A stretch of 64,000 nt of DNA from NCBI GenBank assembly GCA_030704615.1, contig CM060731.1:15066001-15130000 (forward strand), written 5' to 3'. The translations under genes and the position numbers were made by a program. The number at the start of each line of letters is the position of its first letter. Position 1 is the stretch's first letter. The notes beneath the pieces were generated by a model, which worked only from the letters and a program-made list of their open reading frames with translations, made no database searches and was not told the origin of the DNA. The DNA comes from Takakia lepidozioides (Eukaryota > Plantae > Bryophyta). Positions 49,901 through 64,000 of the stretch are shown in pieces.

Positions 49901-52424
49901 CCACTCTCAAGGGGGGTTAAAGAACGAGGGATCCGACCTTTTTCGCCTCCCACTTGGATGGGATGAAGCGTCGCTTGGGCTCCGGTGCACTTGAGAGAGG
50001 GTGCCCCTTGTCTTCCCACTCAAACCAGTCGATGTAAGGCTGTATACACAAAGAGACATACCTGATTTATTGAAGCATAGCCTGCTGTTTGGGATAAAGC
50101 AAACATGAAACTTAAACATCTGGTCACTGAAGTCTATGAACAGCCAAGAATACATTTCACACAAAAAGAGGATAGTGAATGGATACCTCGTATGGATTAA
50201 CTGAAGCATGAGGAATCCTGCCTTGCCGGATACGGCGAATCATGTCCACTTCCTCTCTTGTTAGCACCACCTCCTCATCATTATACTCATCATAAATTTT
50301 TCGCCTGTTAAACAAGCCCGTCAAAATCAACCCTTGTAAGTACCAAGGTTGTCAATGGCACTGTCCCCTTCAAGTGACATGGCTGAAAAAGTGCGTAAGC
50401 CAGTAGATTCTATACCAGTCCTTGGCATCATCAGTGCGAGCCAAAAAAGCATCAAGTTGATCGCGACGCTCCTTCTTTTTCAATTTCTTCCCCGCAATGT
50501 CGTAGCCTATATGTTCCTCATCTTTGTACCATTGCAGCGGCACATCTCCAACTGTATTTCTGGGTGGCGTCTGCCAATTAACAGCAAAAGAAACCCATGT
50601 TCAGATGTGCCTTCTTATGAGTTTCTGCTGTTGAAGGTCACAGTATGACAAAGGTATCTAGAGGAAAGGAGGCAACCAATCAATGCTGGAGATTATTGCG
50701 TGTGAAATGAAAATGGTGCCCCTTGATAGAGCAATGTTACCAAGAACGTCCCATTTATGAGTGGAACCCAAAATGAAGAAATTGAGGAATAATCATTGCA
50801 AGGTTCACAGATCCAATCACATTAGTAGTGAGCTAATCTGAAGGTGGCTACTTACTTGCAGAATTGCATGTTGGGGGATAGTGTAGTGCTCCTGTGACCC
50901 TAACACATTATCATGGCAGGGTCCATGTGCACTCACATAAAAGTTAGTTGGAATATTCTTCTCAAGGTTATACTGGAGATGCAAATAACTGCGATAAGGA
51001 AGTCTGTAACCTTGGCCGAGTTCATGGCTCTCAACAAAACACAGGCGGTAACTCACAGGTGACTAGCATTACGAGGACGGACTGCATTTTCTGCAGGTAG
51101 GGCAAAGCTTAAGGGCCCCAGGCCATTCATGTCTGTAACTCACCAAACCACAGAACAGCATTGTCAAGTCTTTACCAATGGGGCCCAGACTTGGAAAAAT
51201 GTACATCTTACTGCAGTATTCTGACTTCTTGCTATCATCCTGAATGTACAGATTCATAGCAAATGTCTCCAAAATACACCTATAGTCCTGCAGCTTCAAA
51301 CTTGACCCATTGGGAGCCATCACCAGTATGTTGAGAAACTTGAAGACTTTGCCTTGTATATTAACAGGATACTTGTGGAGCCTACATCAGCTATAGGCTT
51401 CACTCCATCTAATCTGTTTCAGATCAACACTATTGCTCCCACCATCATGGAGACCTATTTTACACACTGGAATGAAGTAGAACCTGGTTACAGATATAAA
51501 TCCTTTAGAAAAGTGCTTGATACAGGATCCTCTAACATCACACATAGGTATTCTATGTGTCCCTGTCAAATGGCAATTTCAGTCAATCTTGTATGAGTGC
51601 ACCGAAGGCAAGGTACAAGAAGGAAGTGTGTAGACCTGTGAATGTCGGCTAATGGCAAAACCCAGTTACACCCAGAGTGTCTTATCCTGGAATCATCCCC
51701 CTTTTCTGGACATGTTCCAGTAGAGAGACCCTAGGCCCTAAAGTACAGGTATCACTAGAAGTGCGAAGTAATAAAAATCCAAGGGTCTGCATTCGTACCC
51801 ACCTCGTCCTCTGAAGAATCACTCTCCTCAGCTGTCAAGGGCCTGTCACCATCATCCTCTGCTGTTTTTTCAGTGTCAAGACCATTTTCTGAATCCCCCT
51901 CCAAGTTGGCTGCAGCTCTTTCGTTAGCATCCATGTACTCCTCCATAGCCTCTCGAATCTCCGCCTTCAGCTCGTCATCTTCCTCCCCTCCTTCCTCCTC
52001 ACTTGTCTCGCCCCCCTCGAAATCTTCAGATCTGTCCCGACCACCACATTCTTACAATTAATTAAGGATTTTCGGTGCTCATCATCAGGTATTGGAGGAA
52101 AACAGTGCTGGATACGCAGGAGATCCAAGATAAAATTAACCTATCCGAGTTGGCCTCCTCTCCCTCGTAGTCACCATCCGAATCCTCGTCTGTCGAAGCC
52201 CCACCATTCGAAACCCCAACAGCTCCTTCTCCCTCCTCATCACTTGCATCCACGCCATTGGCACCGTCGCTCGCATTTCCATCAACTTCGGCCTCACTAT
52301 CATCACTCGACACTACAATTATCTCTGGAATAGCGCCTTCACCATCGGCAATGCCAGACTCGGTCACAGGAGATGGAGGTCCAGCAGACCTCAGCTTGCG
52401 CTTGGCAACTACTACCTTGGCCAT
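43917..52424 (-). CDS. BOP1: Ribosome biogenesis protein BOP1/ERB1 (multi-exon)
   Basis: Acidic N-terminus, then exons [49 protein letters not shown]40 repeats, [19 protein letters not shown]; stop codon at 43917-43919. Confidence 0.96.
45306..45621 (-). other. U12-type AT-AC intron in BOP1
   Basis: Donor ATATCCT, branch site TCCCTTAAT ~15 nt before the AC acceptor; splicing restores ...SPDGNTRAV... in frame. Confidence 0.88.
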
Positions 52425-52559
52425 TTGGCTTGACTAAAAACACCTTCTCTAGTCCTATCCCCCTGCCTGCATCTGATACTGCAAAGAAGCATTCCTAAAC
52501 CCCGATGCCCACATCTTTCCTGTGAATGCAACACCTCTGCTTCCAGCATGAGGCAATCT

Positions 52560-52720
52560 GGTAGGGTTTTACGCGCACAGCCTTAAACCCTAATTCCCAG
52601 CCTCGCGCCGTCAAAGAAAGAAGATCTTCATTTGAAGAGTTAAAAATGTTTGAAATTATTCTGTTTCGCTAAAACACAACTCCGTAGTAACTGTGGCGCT
52701 GATCGCAGTGGGCCAGACTT
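52560..52720. promoter_or_regulatory. Bidirectional promoter elements: two telo-boxes and a site II-like motif
   Basis: TAGGGTTT at 52562-52569, AAACCCTAA at 52585-52593 and TGGGCC at ~52710, in the ~580 bp between the divergent BOP1 and TAD1 start codons. Confidence 0.6.
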
Positions 52721-53001
52721 GTGAGATCTGATGTCTCGAAGAAAGGGAGGACATTGGTAGAATCTGATGGTCTGGTGCTCTCAGAATTGAGTTGGGTTTC
52801 GGTGGAATTTCTTTCGGAGATGTGTTCTTATGATTAGATGAGCTCTCTTACAAGTTCAACCAAACAAGTTAGGCAAGCAGGCCTGGAATTCGTTGAGCTA
52901 CAAGTGCGGTTTCACCAAGAAATGCACAGAAACCAACCCGACATCGAATTGAGGCGAGAATGGAGGCTGGACGTTTCATATGCTCTTGAATTCCAGCTGT
53001 G

Positions 53002-56000
53002 ATGGGTAGTCAAGGAGAGGCAAGGGGATGGGGAAGCATTGTTGGAGAGTTAGTCCAGGCCAAGTATGAAGCTTTGCCCAAAAAGGGAAAACCGCAGGGG
53101 CTTGAAACCACTGTACTAGCTGCCTTTCTTCTCTCTTCCTCTGGTCAGGTGCGGGTGGTCTCTCTAGGGACCGGGACGAAATGCATCGGACGCTCGCGCA
53201 TGAGTCCAAATGGAGATGTCGTTAATGATTCCCATGCTGAAGTCATTGCCAGAAGAGCCCTCCTACGGTTTGCTCGATCCTCATGACCACAATTTCTTAT
53301 ACATTTAGAGAGGAAGAGAGACCGGGATGGAAGCGATGAAAAAGTATGATTTACTCATTGAATGTTCACTGCTTCCCTGGTGTGGCCTGGCCAGGTTCTT
53401 GTATTCCGAGATTGAGCGCCTCTGGCATCATGACTCCGATTATGATGATTTGAAGCCAAGCTTCTCCAAATTGGTCGAGAGCAAACAACTCTCTCCGTCA
53501 ATTTTTCAGTGGATTGGGGAAATTGGGGACGACAGGAAATGTCAACTGCTCCCAGGGCTTGAGTTCCATCTCTACATCAGTCAGCCTCCCTGTAACACTT
53601 CTTATATTACACTTTGTCAATTTGGCAGTGCCCCCACTGAGCTGTGAATATGCAACACTTCAATCTCCAGAGCTGAAAGATTTTAGATTACATTATGAAT
53701 GTTGTATATAGGGATATAATTCGGTTGTAGGCGAGTTTCATTCATGATAAAACATAGTGTGTGATGGTTGTAACAATATTCTCTTTGGCAAACTTGGTAA
53801 CAATTCCACGACAGCTCCGTTGCTGCAGGTGGAGATGCTTGCATATTTCCGGTGCCGACAGTCCCTAGCGAGCTTGCTGAAATTCAGACTGAGGATTCTG
53901 TTACATCTTTTCCTCCTTCTACCTGGCCCTCTCACAGTCTTTCGAGCGATCCATGTGGACACACAATTGTAGTTACGAACATAGGTGGAGTAGGCGCACC
54001 TGGACCAGAGGAGGTTCCTCTGAAGGAAACAGAGCAGCTAAGAAGTGAAACTCAACTTCAAAGATCCATTCCTGGCAATCATAAAGGTGCAATGGAAGTT
54101 TCTATTCAGTCTCTGGCAACATTCAAATGATGGTCCAATGGGGGTAATGGGTTTTGGCTGGCAGCATTTCTATCCTCTCAGAGTTGATTTCATGATTGTG
54201 GACCATCCATTTGCAGTCAACAATTTATTTTCACTTGCTTGCAAACATAGTCCAGTAAAGTCATATTTTTGGAGCACCTGACAGGATTCAGAAAACTTAA
54301 ACAGACTCATGTGACCCATGGATGCATTGGCTGGTGCAGTTATTGTAAAACAAACTGGTGCCAAGCTCACCAGATTGGATGCAAATGCTAGTATTGAAGA
54401 AGCTCAAGCAGCAGAATGCCAAGCGAGGCTTTCTGGTCAGAGTATCTATGGTAAGCGGACACCTCTTAAACATGTGCCTGAATAATTACATATGTTTGCC
54501 GTTAGCTGCACACCTAAAGTTTCCTCTCTAGCCTTCCTTTCGCATCCTGCTGTTGGATCTTGAGCTTTCTAATGCAGAACAACCCTATTCACCCTGTTTG
54601 ACTCAATAACCATCAGCCCTCCATGCCAAGTTTGAATGCTGACATTCCCTGAATCAGGGTTCTTCCATCCCCTCGTACATTGGAAATCACCGCTCTCCGC
54701 ACCATTTATCGTTGTGAGGCATTTGAAGCATTGATAATGCAGGCATTGTGACTGAGCATGATGAACTGACTGGTGGTCATCTTTGGAACCTAATGTGGAT
54801 CGACATATGGACAATGACAAGGAGACTTGTGTCTTGGAAAGTGGGGTGGTAGAAGATGAAGGTATGCAAGCAGCAGGAGTGGCAAGAAGAAAGCCTGGGA
54901 GGGGGGATGTCACCATGTCCATGAGCTGCAGTGACAAACTGGCGCGTTGGAATGTGGTTGGCCTTCAAGGTTATTGCCATTTAGTACTACTCTCCCATAA
55001 GCTCTCTGCACCTCCCTGGATATTGGGGACATGGCAAGTCCAAAGCAAACACAGGGTGTAGGGTCCTAAGGCTATGGTGATCGCAGTCTCATCTCTTATG
55101 ATGCCTTGGGTAGTGAAATTCTTTGATTGGCTTTGGACAAGCTAGTGTGCCATAGAGTATCATACCTTGCCTAGCAGCAAGACAGCAATGCCCACTTATT
55201 GTAACAGAGACCTTGGTGTTGGTTTCAATCCCTATTACTTGTTTTGTAGAGGTGAAATTCGATATCATCTCATACCCTTGGAATCACCTTATAACCTCGT
55301 GTCTTATTGCAAACAGTCTCATTATCATGTGAATTGTTAATTTGGTCAATATTCCTCCTTCTAACACATTAGTTTGTCCCTCTTGTACAATCGTATTGAT
55401 TATCGCAGGGGCGCTTCTCTCTCACCTCCTTGTGGAACCTATCTACCTCTCTTCTGTCACAGTTGCTGGTGACACATCTACTGCCAAGTTATCAGGAGCA
55501 CCAAGTCCTGCACACCTTGGAGAAAAGTCCTTATTTCCAGACACTGAAGAAAAGGGTAGCCTTTTGGGACACAGTACACGGTTTCCAGGAGTGGGAGGAG
55601 TGGGACTTCCGGCACTGAAGAGGGCTCTGTACAGTCGTTTGGTTCCTATAGGGAGCCATCTCTCTGCACCTTTCAGATTGAATGCAGTAAGTTGTAACGG
55701 TTATGCAAAGTTCTGAGTCTGTTGCTTTTAGTGTCTAGATATTCTTGGCAGTAACTGTGGTGGTCACTAGGACATGTTGAGATCTCTTCCAACACAAAAA
55801 ACATCATGCCTCAGTGATTGATACTCAAACTGGTCTAAGCAGGGTAGCAAATTGTTGAGAATGTGGAAAATGTTGGCTGCAGCCACTTCTATGGATTGCT
55901 CCAGCCCCGCCAGAAAGGTTTAGACGACCCCTTCATGGCTCAGATTTCTTGGCTTGCGGGTTGGTCCACCAGTCTTCTTTGCTTGGTCTAATGTTTATTT

Positions 56001-57406
56001 TGATGGGTGGTGGAGAGGTTACAATTTTCTCCATGCTGTTGTTTAGATAAGCAGGTAGCTTGTGTCCTTTTTCTTTTGTGGGTGTTTCTTGTATTGTATC
56101 GGGACGAAGGTTGAGGTCCTTCTTCAGAGACCAGAAGAGGTCGTACTGTCCATTAGTTTCTGAGACGTTCCTTTTGTAAGTTGAACACTGAGATTGCTTG
56201 GTTGACATTTCTGATTGTAGATATTCAATCAGCTGGGATGCATCAGGACAGCATGAGGTTGTTCTCGGAACAACAGGTAGAAGGCAGGGAACATCAGCCA
56301 AGGGAGCTCTCTACCCTGCTACACGATCCTCCCTCTGCAAGTAATCTCTTCTCATAGTCAATATTGTCTCTCTCTCAGCTCTGTGGCTGTGGGGAGTTCC
56401 AATTGACACTGCTTCACATTGAAAGCCAGTTTCCATCTAATCCTTCGTGCCCAAATCACCAGGCTATGGGAAATTACAGTTAACTTGAGTGTTGATCTTG
56501 GTTGTAGGCCTTTCTTGAAACATAGAATGTACTCATAAGACGTTGTTTGTAGCCTTTCTTGAAAATTAGAGATCGTGTAGTTGCATCCATTATACCCCTT
56601 TTACCTTCCAGGCTTTTAGTTATGCTGTTCGTGCTTTCTCTGCTTCTCCACTCCTTTGTGCTCCCATCCATTTTTCTCTCCAAAAACTTACGTGGGACAG
56701 TGTACTGTTTGAAAGATGTAGTACCTCCATTTGCCTTGTTCACAGAACTCTTGGGCCCTCATCTGCAAGATGAATTCCACAGTTGGTGAAGTGGCTGGAG
56801 AACTGGGCAAAGTGCATTGTATTGACTCTTTATGGCAAATGTATCTGTACAGGAGGGCTTTTCATGAACATTTCCTTCATTTGCTTCGTCATTTTCTACC
56901 TATTTCAAGTATGGCTGAGCTCTCATATCTTGACATCAAGGTATTTTGAATAGGTTTCACTCCTTTGTTTATTGAAATACATCTTCCTGTAATGAAATTC
57001 CACCGATTGATATCTTCTGTTTTTCTAGAATGGTGCGTCAAATGGCCCTATTATTAGCCCTATTACTGATTCTCTGTCTGAGGTCTTCATACACAAAATT
57101 CGTCTATCAGGTCATGTATTATGTGCAGCCTTTGCATGGATAACCTAGAGGTCAGGAGACATTGTGCACTGAAAGTGATTATGCACTAAAAGTTACACTG
57201 GCTCCAGTTGTGGCTTTCTTTTGTTTACAGAACCACTAATATGCAGAAGATTCTCTTGCATGCAGGTCAATGCAAAGGCCTATGCGAATGCTTTGAAGAT
57301 CCTCTTGACCAATCCTTCCCCTCTTCAGGATTGGCTAGTAAAACCCATGTCTTTACAATCTTTCATGGCCACAGCATCTACTGCAAGTGACACAGAAAAG
57401 ACTTGA
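53002..57406 (+). CDS. TAD1: tRNA-specific adenosine deaminase 1 (ADAT1/TAD1), multi-exon
   Basis: [38 protein letters not shown]...[21 protein letters not shown]; last exon ends at 57406. Middle exon boundaries approximate. Confidence 0.93.
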
Positions 57407-59759
57407 TACCTGATGAAAGCCTGTGTGGGAAAACAAAGCCTTACCGCTTCGGGTGCTTAGGCTGATTGTCTCCCAAGCTTTTGAGCAGATGTGTGTTTGA
57501 CGTCTTCCAGCCACAGAAGGCAAGTGGTCACTTTACTTGTTACCTCTGACCCTGCAAGCAAAAGCAGATTTGAATCTGCTCTTCAAGCCTGGCAAGAGGG
57601 GGCATCCATTGCATGAATGATAGGAGTACCAGCTTAGGTGGCATAAGTAAATGCACGCTTTTCCTAGTCCTTGATGGGTTCAAGCTTAGAGTCTAAGTGG
57701 GTTGCAACTCTGTTTGTAAGGGTAGTATTGTCAAGGCCTTGTTACAGGACAAGTAAGTTGCTAGAAAAGGTCTTCCATCGAAAGTAAGGTCACAATTGTG
57801 GCCCAGCCTCGGCCAGGGGAGAGGGCAAGTCCAAAGCTGTGGCAAGAGGACAAGTCCGAGGCCTTTTGACTTGAACCATGTGTTGTCATCTTCAGCTTTC
57901 TTGTGTCAAAGGAAGCACACAGAAGACTAGAAAAATATAATCTTCCTGCAACTTGGCTGCAACAGGACATTGACAATTATTACAGAAGAGATGCCAATGA
58001 AATGTTCATGACATTTTTCCAGACAAATATGCATGCATGTTGAAGTGTGTAGTGCCTTGGCAAAACTTTGACAAACAGACATGTTCAAAAACACAGTAAA
58101 TGGCTGGGCTCAGAGAAATGTAATTGATAAATACCTTAACCCTTCACTGCTTGTAGGTATCTTTTCTTTTAACCAGAATTCACTTACCTCTACCTAGTAC
58201 ATTGAGTCTATTTACCTAACTATTTACATCCAGAAAAGTGAACCTTACAGAAGTGATTTTACCTCCCACATGTGACATGCACACACCTAATCTTGGAGAA
58301 ATTCACCATATTTGTCAATTATAACGTTCTTTTTTAAAGGGGACTTTGCCATTTTATCAAAAAACAGGGAAAAAATAATCCGATGGGAGACCGTTAAGCA
58401 TGCTAGAGACGGGGGGATACCACCCGTAATAAAGATCTAGAGTCATAAAAGGAAACCGGAACACAGCGAATAGGTAGAAAGAAAAGGTCGAGAGCAGTCG
58501 AAACACAGTTTGTAGAGGTTCAGGACGTTAGCAGAGCAACTAAAAAACAAACTCCGGTGTTTAGTAAAATCAAGCTGAGCCTTAAGGTCAATTGGCGCCA
58601 TCGCAAGGTGCCCATCCCTCGGATCAAATCTCAGCTCGACTTCAGTGGGGAACTCTTAGCTCTTTATTATCGTGTTTGAATTTCCTCCTCCTGTACTTGG
58701 TTCAGTTTATTCCATCTCCCTATGCCTCACTTTGGGCCCGTTGTTGCCTTTGCTCCTTCTTTTCTTCCTTCTCCTTTTAGCTCTGGGTTGTGTTCATGCT
58801 TTCACAGCCCTTTTTCCCTGGTACTCTTGTTCCCTTAATTTATTTTTCGGGCTGGTTCCCATGTTTACAAAACAAAAAAAAAAACCCTTTATATGCATGT
58901 ACACCCTCAGACGGCCATGGAACGTCTCTCCCACCAGTTTTTTCAAGGTCAGAGATTCCCTACATAGCCACATCAAAGTAACCACACATGGTAGTGGAGT
59001 TGCAGCACTGGAGTTAAAGCTATGACAAAAGCACAGAAGAGTGCAGCATTTCAGTATTTTCCCACAATGCACGAAAATGTGATCAATGTTAAGATACCCA
59101 TGGAAATCAGACCTTGCAAACTATATCACAACGTGTGCTAATCCTGCATCGCAAATCTAACAGCATTTTAATCACTTCTAGATCGGGAACTAATTTAGTC
59201 ACTAACATGGGTTTCTGTATTCTGGGAGCTCTTCGAGGCAACCCATGCAACTGGCAAAACAGGGGTTTGTTAAAAACCTTCTAGCTGGGGGTTCCAGTTA
59301 GCTACGGACATGGCCTGATTAAAGCCACAGATAGCATTGCAAAGTCTCCTTCTAGAGTGTTATTGGGCTGTTGTGGTCCAATACTGTCAAGAATTCTTGG
59401 CCAAATATATGGCCTGAAGAATGATCTCTGGCAAAAATCAACAGGGATTGTGGACAAGTCAATGGAATTTGGCTTCACTAGTACCAGGAAAATCTACCAC
59501 TCAAATGACTAGCGAGAGCGAATTTGAGAGCCTTCCAGGAAGCTCTCTTATGCTATCGGAAAGGAACTTTGCCTTAATAACCTGTAACTTCAAGATCCAA
59601 TGCCAAGGCTTTAAGCCACCCCAAACTGAGCCTCCTACCAGACTTGAACCAAAATCAAGCCAGACAGCTCCACCTGGAAAATTACTAACAATTGCCTCTG
59701 CCAGACAATGGTTATCGAATAGGCTGGGTGACAAACGGGGGCACCCTCAAAGCGACCCT

Positions 59760-62700
59760 CTATGTAAAAGCATACTTTTGGTGTTCCAGGGAGATTCTTT
59801 TGTGCCGAACCAGTTCGTCAAGATCGTGCACTATCTTGAAAACAGCATCGGGTTGGGCAAGCTTCTGTGCTTTCTCTGCCATCTCTCTCAGCTCCCCAGC
59901 ATTTGGGCCAAACCAATCAGCAATAATCCTGGCAATCTCTTTAGGGTCCTCACAGAATCTGCCAGCACCGTTGTCCACCACAAAGGACACATTTCCAACT
60001 TCCTGTATGTACAAAAATAGATGACTCAGATAGGTGAATGGCTCAGCGACAAGTAGAAAAACCCTCAAGACTGGAAAACATGTTCAGAACCATCCTGCTT
60101 GTACATGGTTTAGGTAGGGACGAACTTGGCCTGCAATATAGTCAAAGAGGAGCATCGGCAGCCCACGAATCATGGCCTCCGCTATTGTTCCTGGTCCCGC
60201 CTGCACTTCAACCCACTCTTTAATACACGTTAATGCCGAGGGTGGGTAGACCCTTGAGGTCATCCATGATGGCCTCTCCCATGTCACAGACTGGAAACAA
60301 GTTCAGGAAAGTTTTCTGCCAACTTCATTTTCATCAGACGATTTCCTGGCAACAGACAGGTGTCGGATTTATCCACCAGGGTCAAGACTTGCGGGCTTAG
60401 ATTCAGATCCTCGAGAATCTCTTCTCCTCTCTTCCGCCAGGACTTAGCCTGTTTGACAGGGGGATCCTGCTTCCAAGATATAGAGTCAATTAACTTAGGA
60501 TATCTGATATTAGACATATGTTGCAGCTGACCTCACCATCTGACCTTGAGTTCATCTCAATGGGAGCGTAAGGAAGGGATGCCAAACTCACCCCGAACAG
60601 CCACGTTGGCTATTTTGCATCATGCTGACATGTACTCCTGAAGCACCCCCACTTGAATGGATTCTAGAGACTTAGCCTGGTTGGAGTTATCAACCCATAC
60701 TGCAGATGCATACTCCAAGGCCTAATAACGCGGCAAAGAATGGTTTATTTTACTTCAGAGTTGATCCCTCTGCAGTGGAAAATTTCAGTGAGACCCAGCA
60801 CTTTGCGCTTGCCAGATTGAATGAGTTTTTGAATATGTGCATCCCAATTACAGTTGGAGGACAACTCAACGCCAAGGTATGTGTAGGAAGGGAGGAATCT
60901 CTTGGCTTCCCTACTGCCACTTGAGATCACCTCCTCCTTCCCCTCAGTTGTTGAATGCCACCACTGCACATTTACTGATGTTAGCCTCTAGCCCCCAAAG
61001 CTAAAAGTATCTTTTCGCGCAATCAATTAACTCCTGGAGATTGGAAGGAGTCTCCCCTATGCCTGCGAAGTCATCCGCAAACATACAGGCTGGTATGGTG
61101 CAATCACCCACCCTTAACCCAAATCCCTCACTTTCCACATCCTCGAGGAGTTGATTGATGAAAACATTGAAGAGCAGAGGGGAGAGGGTACTGCCTAGAG
61201 CTACACCTTGGTCTATGTCAAACAAGTAAGACATCTGTCCATTAACAGTGACACAGCTTTTGGTGTGAGCTTACAAGTTATGGACCACTCTCCAGATCTT
61301 TCCCTTGATCCCAGATGACCAGAGTCGGAGCCATAGACCATCTCTCCACACAGTGTCATAAGCCATTTTGACATCCAAGAAAAAGACAAAAGTGGGTTTC
61401 CCTTCTTTTTTCCTTCCCGGGATAATCTGGCTTAGAGTGAAGATATGATCCACACAGCCCGTTTCTCCGAAAGCCAGCTAGGCCTTCGTGGAAACAACCT
61501 CTAAAGATTCCAGATCAACCTTGAGACGAGTAACTCTGCAAAAAATCTTGCCAACTGCATTGAGAAACGTGATGCCTCGATAGTTCCCCGGCTCTTCTTT
61601 GTCACCTTTCTTACAATGACCCCGTCTCCAGCCAAGGGATCATTTCAGTCCTCCAGATAAGGTTAAAGAGAAGTACAAGGGCCTCTATCATGGGGTCGCC
61701 ACTCGCCACCATGTTTGATAAGCTCGTTGACTATGCCATGAGGTCCACCAGCTTTATGTCCGTTTAAATGCTCAATTGCTTCCATAATCTCAGAAGAACT
61801 CATGAGACCGTTGTAACCCTTTGAATTATACTCCAGTTCATCAGGGCTGTCTTGAATCATAGGAACAGTTTTCTCAAACGTGTCCTTCCATTCTTCAGAA
61901 GATCCCTGACTGTTCTAGAATTTCTGCCAAGGATACTGTAGTGGGTTTCAAAGGCTTTTGTCAACCGTCGAAGTCACTACTGCACCCTTAGTAGTCATCA
62001 GCGCTTGTACTTGCTGACCATTTTTCGGCTTGTACAGACGTTGAAGGGCTAACCAGAATCTCTTGTCATTACCACCATAGTGGTTTGAGTTTACTTCGCC
62101 CACATTTCTTTGTTGGCTTTCACTTTGCAGCACTCTTATAGAGGACTCGTCTCTCGGCTATCTTGAGTTTGATCTCATTGGTCCACCAATATAACAGCTC
62201 TACCGCAGACAATTAGTTTCCTCCCAATGATCTTGTCAGCCACAGAGGAGACGAAACTCTCCCAAGAATCCACCACTCTTTCGACTTCATTTCTTTCATT
62301 GCCAGAGAGAGACTGAAGATCTTGGAATGAATGGACAAAGTGAGGGAGAGCCTCTTGCAAGGCCTGGACATACTCAGCCTTGACCTCTTCATTTTGGAAT
62401 TTTTCTACGCACCCACTTCCGAATTGAAAGTTTCACAAATGTCTTAGAGTTGGGGAAACACCTTTTGATCTCAGTCCAAACTAGGAAGTGGTCAGAGGTA
62501 CCGATATCAGTTCTGTCGATCAACACATTGGCACACTGGGGAAACAAATTCTTGTCCACTATGATATAATCCACAATGGATCGTTCCCCAGTTTGGGCTT
62601 TCTCACGAGTCCATTGCACTTGATCTTATTATTCAAGGTCAAAAGCTGAAAGTTCTTCCAGACAGTTTATAAACTGTCTTCCATTAGAATTCAGCTCATC

Positions 62701-63583
62701 CTCACCAAAAGGCCCGATGGTATCCTGGTGAAGACCTTTGCCCACCCGGGCATTGAAGTCACCCAATAAGACCACCTGACCTTTGGCGAGGAACATATCG
62801 CAGTCCAGCTTAACGTCTTCAAACCTGTTGACGGGGGTTGGGGACTCTCGACAGCGTACGCGGTGTGCTTCAGGACCCGAGGCCAATCACCAACGGGCTT
62901 TGTCTGTGTCAGCACTAAGGGTCCCCTCTGTGGGCATGTAAACCATACCCACATACAACTGCCCATTTTGGGCGGAGGGGCTGCCCCCAAGTGGTAGGGG
63001 TCTGCTTGTTACCATTCAGAGATGACACTCCAGGGAGCTGCAGGGAATGGCCCGCGTAGGCATATTCTAAAGAGGGAGAGGCCCCAAACTCTCCAACTAA
63101 ATTAAATGCACTACCTTACCCGAAGCAAAGAGCTTAGGTCAAAACAAACAAAGACACGAGGTCACAAGGCCGGCAGTTAGTCACAGAGGCATTTATCTAC
63201 TCCCGTATCAGAGAGAGAGAGAGAGAGAAAGAGATGAGTTCAACAATCTATCAAATTGCAGAGGAACTACATAACTGATCAAAAGTATGGAGCTCAGCAC
63301 ACATCATCACTAAATTGTTCTAGTTTGATCCTTCCATAGCACTCAAACAGATTAAGAACTTTCAAATTATAAAAAATGCTTTTGACAACATGTTCGCCTT
63401 CGAATAGGGAAAAGGGATGAATCCATGGCGGCAACATGTGCATAGGCGAAGAGATTTCTACCCTGTGCAAAAGCCAACAGAGGGCATGGCCAAAGGATGG
63501 TCAGATTGGTAAAGGATTACCTTGGTAATGATGCAGTCGCAGGCTGCCATCCATTCAGACATGTTGGTCACAAATCCCTTCAC
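59760..63583 (-). CDS. MGD: Monogalactosyldiacylglycerol synthase, last three exons (5' part outside the window)
   Basis: Exons [21 protein letters not shown] (63583-63521), [21 protein letters not shown] (from 60200) and [14 protein letters not shown]...AVFKIVHDL (to the stop at 59760); GT28 C-terminal domain. Confidence 0.92.
60245..62900 (-). mobile_element. Degenerate LINE (APE endonuclease + RT) inside an MGD intron
   Basis: [16 protein letters not shown] and SDHFLV (APE); [24 protein letters not shown] and FADD (RT); fragmented reading frames. Confidence 0.9.
63209..63233. repeat. (AG)n microsatellite
   Basis: Direct reading of the sequence. Confidence 0.75.
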
Positions 63584-64000
63584 CTGCATATACACATGGT
63601 TTCTATTTCCTTAGAATACATACATGCTGACGCTAGACCTAAAAAATGGTTAAGAGGAGTCTTGTGGGTCAGAATTGCATCTTGCCTGGATGTTCTCCAG
63701 TGAAGGCAATGGCAGGAGGAGTGTACTCATCCACCATTTCATGTAAACCCTGAAGAGCCTATGTTCAGGATCCTAACTATCAAAACCAGGTTGTGGACTT
63801 TTGTGATCAGAGAATTTGTGCATCACAGACAGCAATCCCATGACCCGCTGATGGGATGTTGATTTAAGGGTGTTGAAATATCCTTGAAAGCATGCTTTTG
63901 ATTGCTATATCAGCCCCCCACCTAATGCACAGTGCCAAATCTGGTTGTGGCTGCACCGCCAATGAACACTGCAGAGAAAGAAGGGTGGAAGAGAACAAGA

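Overview
Nuclear DNA of a land plant, probably a non-seed plant (inferred from the TE families, TTTAGGG telo-boxes and spliceosomal introns). Bases 1-43 kb are a nested TE and accessory region. It holds a Gypsy integrase relic and a spliced gene whose product has the motif order of a prokaryotic-type beta-class DNA amino-methyltransferase (N4C/N6A), interspersed with about 16 copies of an interrupted palindrome, AAGTC-N6-GACTT. It also holds a deleted CACTA element, a young full-length chromoviral Ty3/Gypsy element (LTRs, PBS, 5-bp TSD), LINE and Gypsy relics, and an ABC1-kinase fragment. A roughly 8.7 kb frameshifted gene encodes a very large GBP/VLIG-type GTPase with Cys/His repeats and a vWA domain. 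It is followed by a truncated Copia, a restriction-like-endonuclease non-LTR relic and a non-autonomous hAT element with an 8-bp TSD. Bases 43.9-64 kb are housekeeping genes: BOP1 (containing a U12 AT-AC intron) head-to-head with TAD1/ADAT1, then the 3' part of an MGDG synthase gene with a LINE in one intron. The best candidates for new biology are the methyltransferase-like gene with its palindrome array and the GTPase-vWA gene. All calls come from reading motifs by eye; no database searches were run.
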